Source: an uncultured Chloroflexia bacterium | GTDB taxonomy: Bacteria; Chloroflexota; Ktedonobacteria; Ktedonobacterales; JADMIN01 | Length of the DNA stretch: 32,000 nt | Assembly: GCA_963718915.1 (NCBI GenBank) | Contig: CAVRAI010000006.1 | Location: 150,001-182,000, forward strand | Direction: 5' to 3' | Shown here: one piece after another, positions 14,672 through 22,562 of the stretch | Position numbering within the stretch: the first letter of the stretch is position 1 | Layout: each line of letters begins with the position of its first letter | The notes under the pieces: model-generated | What the model saw: the letters and a program-made list of their open reading frames with translations, nothing else | What the model was told of the DNA's origin: nothing | Database searches by the model: none | Translations under genes and position numbers: made by a program

Positions 14672-17600
14672 TTGTTGGGTAAAACCATCGAATGGGAGAA
14701 CTGGCCGGTGTCTCCACGTCGCATCCCTATTGTCATTGACGATCATCTGGTGACCAATGCGGGCGAGCCTCATGCCATCGCGGTTGGGTCGCAGGGATGG
14801 TTTGCGTGGCTGTGCAGTGAGACTCCGTCCTCGTTTTCGTATCAGACACCCGACGGCGCCATCACCATCCGGCCCGAAAAGAAACGCCAGGGCTGGTACT
14901 GGTACGCCTATCACGCGACGCAAGGCTCACTGCGCAAATCGTATCTGGGCAAAGCGAACTCCATGACCGCGGAACGCCTGCGTCTGGTCGCCGCCACACT
15001 GACCCACCAGCCTGGAACCCCGGAGCAGTTATCCGGCGTGCGCATGACATTTCTTGGCGCGACGCACCTGACACGCGCTGACCGTGACATCACCCTCACA
15101 TCCATGAAAGCCATTGGCCTGCTGGCCTATCTCGGCGTCCATGGGCGCCCGCAACGCCGGGAGCATCTGCTGGCGCTGCTGTGGCCCGAAAGCCCCGTTG
15201 CCCAGGCGCGCAAGAATCTGCGTAACCTTCTCTGGTCCATCCGCGATACGCTCGGCCAGGAGGTGGTGACCGGCCAGGAGAGCCTCGTCCTGGGTGCGCT
15301 GGTCTCGGTGGATATCGGACGCTTCACGCAGGCGCAGCGTGAGGCGCGGCAACGCGAGGCAGGCGGCGCGAGCGCGCTCGAATGTTATCAGACGATGATT
15401 GCGCTCTATCAGGGCAGCTTCCTGGATGGAATCGCCATCAACGACGCGGCTGAGTTCGAGACCTGGGTCGCCATGACACGCGAACACTTCCACGAGGCGC
15501 ACACCCATGCGTTACGCGCGCTCGCCGCATACTATCGCGCGGAGGGGCGCTGGGCGGATGTCATCACCCTCGCACGGACGGCCGTTATGGCGGATATCCT
15601 GCAGGAGCCGATGTATCGGATGTTGATGGAGGCGCATGCCCGAATGGGAGATCGCGCCTCGGCGCTGCGCCAGTACGAGACGCTTCGGACGACGCTCGAT
15701 CGCGAGTTGGGGGTGGCGCCGCTCGCCGAGACCGAGCAGCTTCGCCGCGATATTCTCGATGGACGCCTGCAGCCTGTCCCGGCGGATACCTCCGTCTCGT
15801 CGCTGCCAGCGCGATCCGCATCGAATCAGCCTGCCGCGCCCTTCATCGGGCGAGATAGTGAGATGGCGGCGCTCGATGACCTCTGGGCGACGGCGCAGCA
15901 GGGGCAGGCGCAGGCGGCGCTCATCGCGGGTGAGGCTGGTCAGGGCAAATCACGTCTGTGGCAGATGTGGTCCGCGCGACTCGCCCCAGCGGCCACAGTG
16001 CTGGAGGCGCAATGTCTCTCCACCACACAGAGTTTGCCGTTCGCGCCCGTGGCTGATCTGTTGCGCAGCCCGCTGATGCGCCGCCGGTTGCTGCGGCTGG
16101 CCCATGCGGCGCCGGTCTGGCTGGAAGACGTCATGCAGCTTGTCCCTGACCTGCGCGACGAACTACCGGTTCCGCTGCCGTCCACCATTCTTCCCCCGCT
16201 CGAGGAGCAACGGCGGCTCTTCGAGGCGCTGGTGCAGAGCCTTGGCATCCGGGCGGAGCATCCGCTGGCGCTATTTTTCGATAACCTGCACTGGGCGGAT
16301 CAGGCGACTATTGAGTGGCTGGGCTACCTGCTGCATCGGGAGCACAATCTGCCATTGCTCGTCGTCGGCGCCTACCGGCCAGAAGAAGCGCCGCCACCGC
16401 TCATGGCGCTGATAGCCTCGTGGATGCGCGACGGAGTGGCCCAACGTCTTCCGCTGGCACGGCTCGACCGCGAGGAGACAGCCCAACTGATCGCAGCGCT
16501 CAGTGGCGATGTAGGGCGCGTTGAAGAACTCTATGCCCGGAGCGCGGGCAACCCTTACTTCCTGATCGAGTTGCTGCGCGCCGAACCCGGTGCGATGCCC
16601 GCCCAACTGGCCGACCTCATCATCTTGCGGCTCGACCAACTGCCCGGCGCCGCGCGCCAGATATTGCAGGTTGCCGCGTTGATACAGCCGGAAATTGACT
16701 GTACGCTGCTTCAGTACATTAGTGGGCGAACCGAGGAAGAGACGATTGAGGCGGTCGAAACGCTGCAGCAGACCGGGCTGCTCCGCGACGAAGGGCAGCG
16801 TTACGCCTTCGGCCATCCGCTGATTGCCGATGTCGTCGGCGCCGAGATGAGCCGCGCCCGCCGGACCATTCTGCATCGGCGCGTCGCCGAGACGCTTGAG
16901 CGCCTCGCGAGCGAGCGGCTGACGGAGATTTCAGGGCGGCTGGCTCATCACTTCCGCGAGGCTGAGAATCCCGAGCGCGCCGCCTACTACGCCGAGTTGG
17001 CGGGGGATCGCGCGCTCTCGCTGGCCGCGCCGGTCGAGGCGGCGCAGTTCTACGAGCAGGCGCTGGAGTTGCAGGCCACCGCGCTCCGCTACTATCGCCT
17101 AGGATTGGCGCGTCGTCGCCAGGCGGATCTGGAGGGCGCTCGCGCCGCCTACATTCAGGCGTTACGCGCCTGCGAGCAGGCCAACGAATGGTCGTGGGCA
17201 TCGCGCATCTGCCTGGAAATGGCGCGCATCTGTCTGGCGCGCAACCAGTTCGACGACATTGTGACCTGGGTGGAACGCGCCCGTGGCTATCTTCCCTATG
17301 ATGAAGACCCCGTGCTGCCACACGTGCTATCCGCCTACCTGATGGGCGGCCACCTGCGCGGCACCGGCCAGTCGCTGCAAGCTGCCATCGCTCAGCTCAA
17401 CGAGGCGTTGCTCGGCGCCATCAAGGGGAATATGGTCGAGCTACTGCCCGGCATCCTGCTGGAGCTAGGGACGGTCGTCGCCCACACCGGAGAGTCTACC
17501 AGCGCCATTCGCTGCTTTAATGAACTCATCGCCATCGCCCATACCATCGGCGACTACTTCCACGAAGCCCTCGGCTATCACAATCTGGCGGCTACCGCGC

Positions 17601-18085
17601 TCCAGGTGGGTGACCTGCCGATGGCGCGCAACGCCATCGAGGCGGGGATGAGGCTGGCGCGCTCGCGGGCGGTGCATCTGGTCAACCAGTGGCTCTTTGC
17701 GACACGCGGCGAGCTAGCCATGGCCGAGCGGCACTGGCATGAGGCGGAAACCTGGTTTGCGCGCGGCCTGGCCGAAGCCGAGCGCCACGATAACACCGTC
17801 CAGATTGCGCACCTTCAGGCGGATAGGGGATTGGTCGCGTTCGAGCGCGGCGAGGTCGATCAGGCCATCACACTGCTGGAAAACACTCACACACGCCTGA
17901 CGCGCGAATCCGCGCGCTATCTGCTCATCACCATTGATCTGCGTCTCATCGAGATTGAGGTGCAGGTAGGCAGGCAGGATGTCGCAAGGCTCATCCTTAA
18001 TCGCGCGCAGGAACTGCTACGCGGGAGTGACTACGCCGCGCTGCATGCCTGGGCGGATCGTCTGCGGAGCCTGCTCTGCCCATGA
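14672..18085 (+). CDS. Large transcriptional regulator: unknown N-terminal domain + SARP (OmpR-type wHTH + BTAD) + P-loop (STAND/AAA-like) ATPase + TPR-like C-terminal region (AfsR-like architecture)
   Basis: 1137 aa. The wHTH/BTAD region reads LLAYLGVHGRPQRREHLLALLWPE...ARKNLRNLLWSIR...YQGSFLDG...EFETWV...MYRMLMEAHARMGDRASALRQYETLRTTLDRELGVAPLAETEQL. The P-loop is FIGRDSEMAALDDLW...LIAGEAGQGKSRL, with a Walker-B-like LFFDNLHWAD. The C-terminus is long and helical-repeat-rich. The start is uncertain (TTG at 14672/14675; no in-frame ATG nearby). Confidence 0.85.
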   Translation: MLGKTIEWENWPVSPRRIPIVIDDHLVTNAGEPHAIAVGSQGWFAWLCSETPSSFSYQTPDGAITIRPEKKRQGWYWYAYHATQGSLRKSYLGKANSMTAERLRLVAATLTHQPGTPEQLSGVRMTFLGATHLTRADRDITLTSMKAIGLLAYLGVHGRPQRREHLLALLWPESPVAQARKNLRNLLWSIRDTLGQEVVTGQESLVLGALVSVDIGRFTQAQREARQREAGGASALECYQTMIALYQGSFLDGIAINDAAEFETWVAMTREHFHEAHTHALRALAAYYRAEGRWADVITLARTAVMADILQEPMYRMLMEAHARMGDRASALRQYETLRTTLDRELGVAPLAETEQLRRDILDGRLQPVPADTSVSSLPARSASNQPAAPFIGRDSEMAALDDLWATAQQGQAQAALIAGEAGQGKSRLWQMWSARLAPAATVLEAQCLSTTQSLPFAPVADLLRSPLMRRRLLRLAHAAPVWLEDVMQLVPDLRDELPVPLPSTILPPLEEQRRLFEALVQSLGIRAEHPLALFFDNLHWADQATIEWLGYLLHREHNLPLLVVGAYRPEEAPPPLMALIASWMRDGVAQRLPLARLDREETAQLIAALSGDVGRVEELYARSAGNPYFLIELLRAEPGAMPAQLADLIILRLDQLPGAARQILQVAALIQPEIDCTLLQYISGRTEEETIEAVETLQQTGLLRDEGQRYAFGHPLIADVVGAEMSRARRTILHRRVAETLERLASERLTEISGRLAHHFREAENPERAAYYAELAGDRALSLAAPVEAAQFYEQALELQATALRYYRLGLARRRQADLEGARAAYIQALRACEQANEWSWASRICLEMARICLARNQFDDIVTWVERARGYLPYDEDPVLPHVLSAYLMGGHLRGTGQSLQAAIAQLNEALLGAIKGNMVELLPGILLELGTVVAHTGESTSAIRCFNELIAIAHTIGDYFHEALGYHNLAATALQVGDLPMARNAIEAGMRLARSRAVHLVNQWLFATRGELAMAERHWHEAETWFARGLAEAERHDNTVQIAHLQADRGLVAFERGEVDQAITLLENTHTRLTRESARYLLITIDLRLIEIEVQVGRQDVARLILNRAQELLRGSDYAALHAWADRLRSLLCP

Positions 18086-18124
18086 ATTACCCAACACCTC
18101 TTCCACGCCGCATTGGGTAATTCA
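18083..18124 (+). promoter_or_regulatory. AT-rich inverted repeat TGAATTACCCAA-N18-TTGGGTAATTCA overlapping the regulator stop codon (terminator-like hairpin or operator)
   Basis: Perfect 12-bp arms at 18083-18094 and 18113-18124. No T-tract follows. It lies between the SARP-type regulator and the first gene of the pca block. Confidence 0.4.
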
Positions 18125-18366
18125 CTTCGCAAGGAAGCCCCTTGATATCCCTATCTTAAAAAAGGACAGTGCAAGGGATAGCCTGAATGACATGTCTTGT
18201 TTACACTCCTCGCAATATCCATGCTCAGCCGTTCCCGCTGACTTTGAGAACCACCATCTGCGTTGGTTGTGTCTGTTGGCGCTCTGGCGCCAAAGCGCCT
18301 TGCATAACCTGCATGACCCGTAGCCGTCGTCTGCCTGATAGTACGCCGTTGTACGAAGGAGACCGC

Positions 18367-19845
18367 ATGAGTTCCCCAGTATCCCCATACCTGCTTGACC
18401 CCGGCATCTGGGGCGGAAAAGTGTTCAACGGAGAATGGGTTGCTCCGGCTGGTGGCATCTTTCCCGTCACCGAGCCAGCAACCGGCGCATCGCTCGGCGC
18501 CGTAGGGCGGGCAAACGAGGACGACGCGCGCCAGGCGGGGAGGCAGGCGGCGGCAGCCCAGAAAGAATGGGCGCGCCTCCCGTATGCCGAACGCGCGCGC
18601 ATCATGCGCCGGGCTGGCGACCTGCTGGCGCAACACGCTCGCGAAATCCAGGCGTGGATCATCCGCGAGACGGGTTCGATTCCTGGCAAGGCGGGTTTCG
18701 AGCTACACGTCGGCTCCAGCGAATGTTACGAGGCCGCCACACTGCCATCGCAACCCTACGGGCGTCTCATCCCCTCCGAGGAGCCACGGCTGAGCATGGC
18801 GCGACGGATTCCGTCCGGCGTGGTCGGCGTGATCGCCCCGTTCAATGTGCCGCTGATCCTGGGCATTCGCTCGGTGGCTCCGGCGCTGGCGCTGGGGAAT
18901 GCCGTCATCCTCAAGCCCGACCCACGCACCGCTGTCAGCGGGGGCGTTGTGCTGGCGCGCGTCTTTGAAGAGGCTGGCGTGCCCAAAGGCGTGCTGCATA
19001 TGCTTCCGGGCGGCCCAGATGTGGGCGAGGCGATGATTACCGATCCCAACGTCCGCGTCATCAGCTTCACCGGATCGACCGCCGCCGGGCGACGAGTCGG
19101 CGAGCTGGCGGCGACACACCTGAAACGCGCCCACCTCGAACTCGGCGGCAACAGCGCGCTCATTATCCTCGACGACGCCGATCTGGATCTCGCGGTAAAC
19201 GCGGGCGCGTGGGGGTCATTCTTCCATCAGGGCCAGATTTGCATGACGACCGGCCGCCATCTCGTCCATCACCGCATCGCGGACGAGTATACGCAGCGGC
19301 TGGCCGAGGCCGCCGAGCGTATGGCGGTGGGTGATCCGGCGCAGCAGCCAGTCTCGCTGGGGCCAATCATCGACGAGCGCCAGCGGGACAAGATTCACGG
19401 GCTGGTGACCGAAAGCGTGCGGGCGGGCGCGCAGCTGGCGGCGGGCGGACGATACGAGGGGCTGTTCTATCGTCCGACGGTGCTGGCGAACGTGACGCCG
19501 ACCATGCCCGCCTATGCCAATGAGGTCTTTGGGCCGGTCGCGCCCGTGATTCGCTTCTCATCGCTCGACGAGGCGGTCGCGCTGGCGGGCGACACCGAGT
19601 ACGGGCTTGCGTTGGGGATTCTGACCCGCGATGTCATGAAGGGCCTGGAACTGGCCGACCGCATCCCCAGCGGCATCGTGCATATCAACGATCAGACCAT
19701 CAACGACGAGGCAGTGGCGCCCTTTGGCGGTCTCAACGCATCGGGCACGGGCGCGCGGTTTGGTGGCGCGGAGTGGAACATTGACGCCTTTACCGAGACG
19801 CAGTGGGTCACAGTTCGCGGCCAGATCGCGCCCCATCAGCTCTGA
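18367..19845 (+). CDS. NAD(P)-dependent aldehyde dehydrogenase, benzaldehyde/vanillin/hydroxybenzaldehyde dehydrogenase-like
   Basis: Start is the ATG at 18367, preceded by GAAGGAGA; the track N-terminal extension is Cys/Arg-rich noise. Contains FTGSTAAGRRV, the catalytic Glu in HLELGGNSA and the catalytic Cys in FFHQGQICMTTGR. The N-terminus ...VFNGEWVAPAGG...EPATGA resembles aromatic aldehyde DHs. The aromatic substrate is inferred from context. Confidence 0.88.
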   Translation: MSSPVSPYLLDPGIWGGKVFNGEWVAPAGGIFPVTEPATGASLGAVGRANEDDARQAGRQAAAAQKEWARLPYAERARIMRRAGDLLAQHAREIQAWIIRETGSIPGKAGFELHVGSSECYEAATLPSQPYGRLIPSEEPRLSMARRIPSGVVGVIAPFNVPLILGIRSVAPALALGNAVILKPDPRTAVSGGVVLARVFEEAGVPKGVLHMLPGGPDVGEAMITDPNVRVISFTGSTAAGRRVGELAATHLKRAHLELGGNSALIILDDADLDLAVNAGAWGSFFHQGQICMTTGRHLVHHRIADEYTQRLAEAAERMAVGDPAQQPVSLGPIIDERQRDKIHGLVTESVRAGAQLAAGGRYEGLFYRPTVLANVTPTMPAYANEVFGPVAPVIRFSSLDEAVALAGDTEYGLALGILTRDVMKGLELADRIPSGIVHINDQTINDEAVAPFGGLNASGTGARFGGAEWNIDAFTETQWVTVRGQIAPHQL

Positions 19846-20014
19846 GTTCAAGAGGACGCGCCATGACCGCACCGTCATTTGATAATGGCAATGAACCAAC
19901 ATTGGCGACGGATCAATCGCAGCCATCGCGAGCCATGCCTCGTCGCAGCCATCGCCGTCGTCGCAGGATACGCTCGTTCCACACGCCGCTGAAGCCAGCG
20001 TCAGTGGCGATTCC

Positions 20015-21022
20015 TTGCCGACCCCTGGCGGCGGTCGCGTACCTTCAGGAGTGCGCGCCGTCGTCCGGGTGATCGGTTCGCGCGACTATGTTGGCGTGCT
20101 CGTCGCCATCGTGGCGCTGGCGCTCGTCATCGGCCTGGCGCATCCGGCGTTTCTACGATTCAGCCAGTTGACCGATGTCCTCAACCAGGCGACATTCGTT
20201 GCCATTCTGGCCTGTGGCATGGCAATGCTGCTGGCGATGCGCGAACTTGACCTCTCCGTGGGGTCTATCTACGCGCTGACCTCGGTGTGCGCCGCGATTC
20301 TCATGAAAAACGGGATGAACTCATGGGTCGCGGCGTTCATTGGCATCGGTGTCGGCGCCGCCCTCGGCCTGACGAACGGACTGATCGTCCAGTTGTTTCG
20401 CCTGCCATCCATCGTCGCCACACTGGCGACACTCTCGATCTTCCGAGGCCTGGCATACGCCATCAGCAATGGGCAGCAGTTGCTTGGCCCGTCGCTGAGC
20501 GACTCGTTCTCGGTCTTCGCGGGCGGCCATCTCTTCGGCATCCCGAACACGGTCTATGTGATGGTCGCGCTGGTGGCCGTGCTCACTGGAGTCCTCTATT
20601 ACACGCCGTTTGGGTATCGTATCCGGTCGATTGGCTCCAATCCAGAGGCCGCGGCCTTCAGTGGCATTCCTGTTGTGCGGATTCGCTTGCTGGCGTTCGT
20701 CCTGATGGGGACACTTGGAGGTTTGGGAGGGGTATTGTCGCTTGGCTATTTCGGGGCTGGCGACCCTAACCTGGGAATCGGCTACGAGCTACTCGCGGTA
20801 GCGGCGGCGGTGATCGGTGGGACATCGCTCATGGGCGGAAAAGCCACCATCGTGGGCGCCGCGCTAGGCTCGATCTTATTAGCGGTCGTTGCCGCTGGCC
20901 TTGCGTATTTCAGTGTCCCCATCAACTGGAATTCATTCGCGACAGGGGCAGTCATCCTGCTCGCGGTGATTCTCGATAGTTTACTGCGCAGACGTCGCAC
21001 CAATAATTCCCCTCGACTCTGA
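20015..21022 (+). CDS. Sugar-type (CUT2, RbsC/AraH family) ABC transporter permease
   Basis: Hydrophobic protein with ...FLRFSQLTDVLNQATFVAILACGMAMLLAMRELDLSVGSIYALTSV... and ...AAVIGGTSLMGGKATIVGAALG..., both typical of the ribose/xylose permease family. The start is uncertain: TTG 20015 or GTG 20051, with no in-frame ATG. Confidence 0.82.
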   Translation: MPTPGGGRVPSGVRAVVRVIGSRDYVGVLVAIVALALVIGLAHPAFLRFSQLTDVLNQATFVAILACGMAMLLAMRELDLSVGSIYALTSVCAAILMKNGMNSWVAAFIGIGVGAALGLTNGLIVQLFRLPSIVATLATLSIFRGLAYAISNGQQLLGPSLSDSFSVFAGGHLFGIPNTVYVMVALVAVLTGVLYYTPFGYRIRSIGSNPEAAAFSGIPVVRIRLLAFVLMGTLGGLGGVLSLGYFGAGDPNLGIGYELLAVAAAVIGGTSLMGGKATIVGAALGSILLAVVAAGLAYFSVPINWNSFATGAVILLAVILDSLLRRRRTNNSPRL

Positions 21023-21158
21023 AATATTGCCACGCTGACCTGACATGTGGATGGTTCATGTGGATCTCCGTGGAGATCCCTCATACATTGCGCGTTGCGC
21101 CTCGATTCAGGCAGGCGTCTACGCATAGATTGTCATCGTTGACCTGGAGGTGGAGATC

Positions 21159-22232
21159 ATGCGATCAAAGGTGATTTCGTTAGTCGCCATTGTCGTCGTC
21201 GTCATTGTCGCGCTCGCCGGTTGTGGTGAGAGCACGAGCAGCACGGGAGGAAACAAGAAAAACCCGTCAGATATCCATGTTGCGTTTGTCTATTGGACGA
21301 CGGCCATTAATGCCATGTCGGAGATGGCGGCAGGGGCGCAATACGCCGGAGAGCAGTATCATGTCAACGTGCAGCTGCTGGCTCCGCCCAACCCCAACGA
21401 CCCGCAGGCCGAAGTCAACCTGCTGCTGAACGCGGCCAAGACGGCGACCGACGGCATCGCAGTCGAGACGCTCGCGCCGGATGTCTTCGATCATCCTGAG
21501 GCCAACATCGTGAATTCAGGTATTCCGATTGTCGCGGTTGATACCGTTGCTCCGGCAGATACTGGCATCAAGACCTATGTCGGCAATGACAATGTCGCTG
21601 CGGGAGCCGCTCTGGCCGACGCCGCGCTGGCGAAGATTCCCGCAGACGCCAAAGGCACAGTAGTCATTGGTAACCCTATACTCGCCGTGCCAGTGCTCGC
21701 ATTCCGCGCTCAGGGCATCAAAGACGAGTTTGCGGCGAAGCGCCCAGACATTCAGGTGCTTGGCCCGTTCCAGACGGCGAACGACCCGCAGGGCAACTAT
21801 AACGCCTGGAATAACCTCGTCAACGCGCATCCGAACGCCCTCGCCTACCTTGGCGTTGGCGACCAGGATAGTGTCTCGCTTGCGAAGATCAAGACGGCGA
21901 ACAACGGCAAATACCTCACCGGCGCCTTCGATCTCAACGACGCGACGATTCAGGCGGTGAAGGATGGCGTCAACTTTGGTCTGCTCGACCCATATCACTT
22001 CATGAAGGGCTACGTTGCCATGCGGCTGCTGATCGAGCACGCGCTCAATGGCACAGCCATTCCTGAGGGCTGGTGGAACACCGGGCATCTGATGGTTGAC
22101 CAGACGAACATCGACCAGATCATCGCGCGCCAGGCGAGTCTTGACGCGAAGGGCGCCTACTACAAGCCGATCATCGCCCAGCAGTTCGCGAACCCATCGG
22201 CGTATATCAAACCGATGGATCAGGCAAAGTAG
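21159..22232 (+). CDS. Sugar-type (RbsB / Peripla_BP_4-like) ABC transporter substrate-binding lipoprotein
   Basis: ATG at 21159 lies 6 nt after GGAGGTG. Signal peptide with lipobox (IVALAGC). Type-I periplasmic binding fold hallmarks: VAFVYWT..., GIPIVAVDT, KTYVGNDNVAAGA. Confidence 0.85.
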   Translation: MRSKVISLVAIVVVVIVALAGCGESTSSTGGNKKNPSDIHVAFVYWTTAINAMSEMAAGAQYAGEQYHVNVQLLAPPNPNDPQAEVNLLLNAAKTATDGIAVETLAPDVFDHPEANIVNSGIPIVAVDTVAPADTGIKTYVGNDNVAAGAALADAALAKIPADAKGTVVIGNPILAVPVLAFRAQGIKDEFAAKRPDIQVLGPFQTANDPQGNYNAWNNLVNAHPNALAYLGVGDQDSVSLAKIKTANNGKYLTGAFDLNDATIQAVKDGVNFGLLDPYHFMKGYVAMRLLIEHALNGTAIPEGWWNTGHLMVDQTNIDQIIARQASLDAKGAYYKPIIAQQFANPSAYIKPMDQAK

Positions 22233-22344
22233 CCGCTCACTGTTTCTTGTAGCTTGCGGATTGTGCATGGTCTCGGCCTTGAAGGGCCGGAGTAATTGGG
22301 CAGAAGGCTTGAAAGCCTATCAGGGCGGGATGGCCATTATGAAC

Positions 22345-22481
22345 TTTTAGAATTACCTCCGAACACGGTACTCGGGTGGGCCTGCCGGAGCCTGCCAGCG
22401 AATGGGGCGGGGCAAATTCGCCGTAGCATTCATGCTACGGCCTGCTCGCCCCGCCATCGCGCTGGGTGTTCGGGCTAAAAC
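22345..22481 (+). repeat. Structured intergenic repeat, copy 3 (best-preserved; TIR-like ends)
   Basis: CTTTTAGAATTACCTCCGAACACGG...GTGGGCCTGCCGGAGCCTGCCAGCGAATGGGGCGGGGCAAATTCGCC, the hairpin GCCGTAGCA-TTCA-TGCTACGGC (22420-22441), then CTGCTCGCCCCGCC...GGGTGTTCGGGCTAAAACG. It lies inside the 330-bp gap between the SBP and ATPase genes. Confidence 0.8.
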
Positions 22482-22562
22482 GTACAAGTTCATGTATAGC
22501 CCAATGAGTCATACTCCGGCCATTTATGGCCGAGGGAGTGCATCGATAGAAGCGAGGGACGC

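Noticed and set aside
14401-14923. ORFs 14401-14736 and 14408-14923 (minus) and 14473-14664 (plus) upstream of or overlapping the regulator start
   Set aside because: They overlap the intergenic repeat and hairpin region and the 5' end of the regulator gene. Their products are Arg/Gly/Pro-rich with no motifs.
15029-17321. Several minus-strand ORFs (15029-15508, 16271-16876, 16719-17321) inside the SARP-type regulator gene
   Set aside because: They are antisense shadows of a well-supported 1137-aa ORF, with low-complexity composition.
19863-20072. An ATG with an AAGAGGA Shine-Dalgarno sequence right after the aldehyde dehydrogenase stop opens a 70-codon ORF in a different frame from the permease, suggesting a second N-terminal frame discontinuity
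   Set aside because: Unlike the livG case, no conserved residues are stranded in the wrong frame. A TTG (20015) or GTG (20051) start gives a normal-length RbsC-type N-terminus. This cannot be resolved without orthologues or reads, so the permease start is left uncertain.
22345-22352. GTTTTAG/CTTTTAGA repeat termini resemble the start of type II CRISPR repeats
   Set aside because: There is no regular repeat-spacer periodicity and no cas genes. The copies are kilobases apart and about 140 bp long, so this is a dispersed repeat and not an array.
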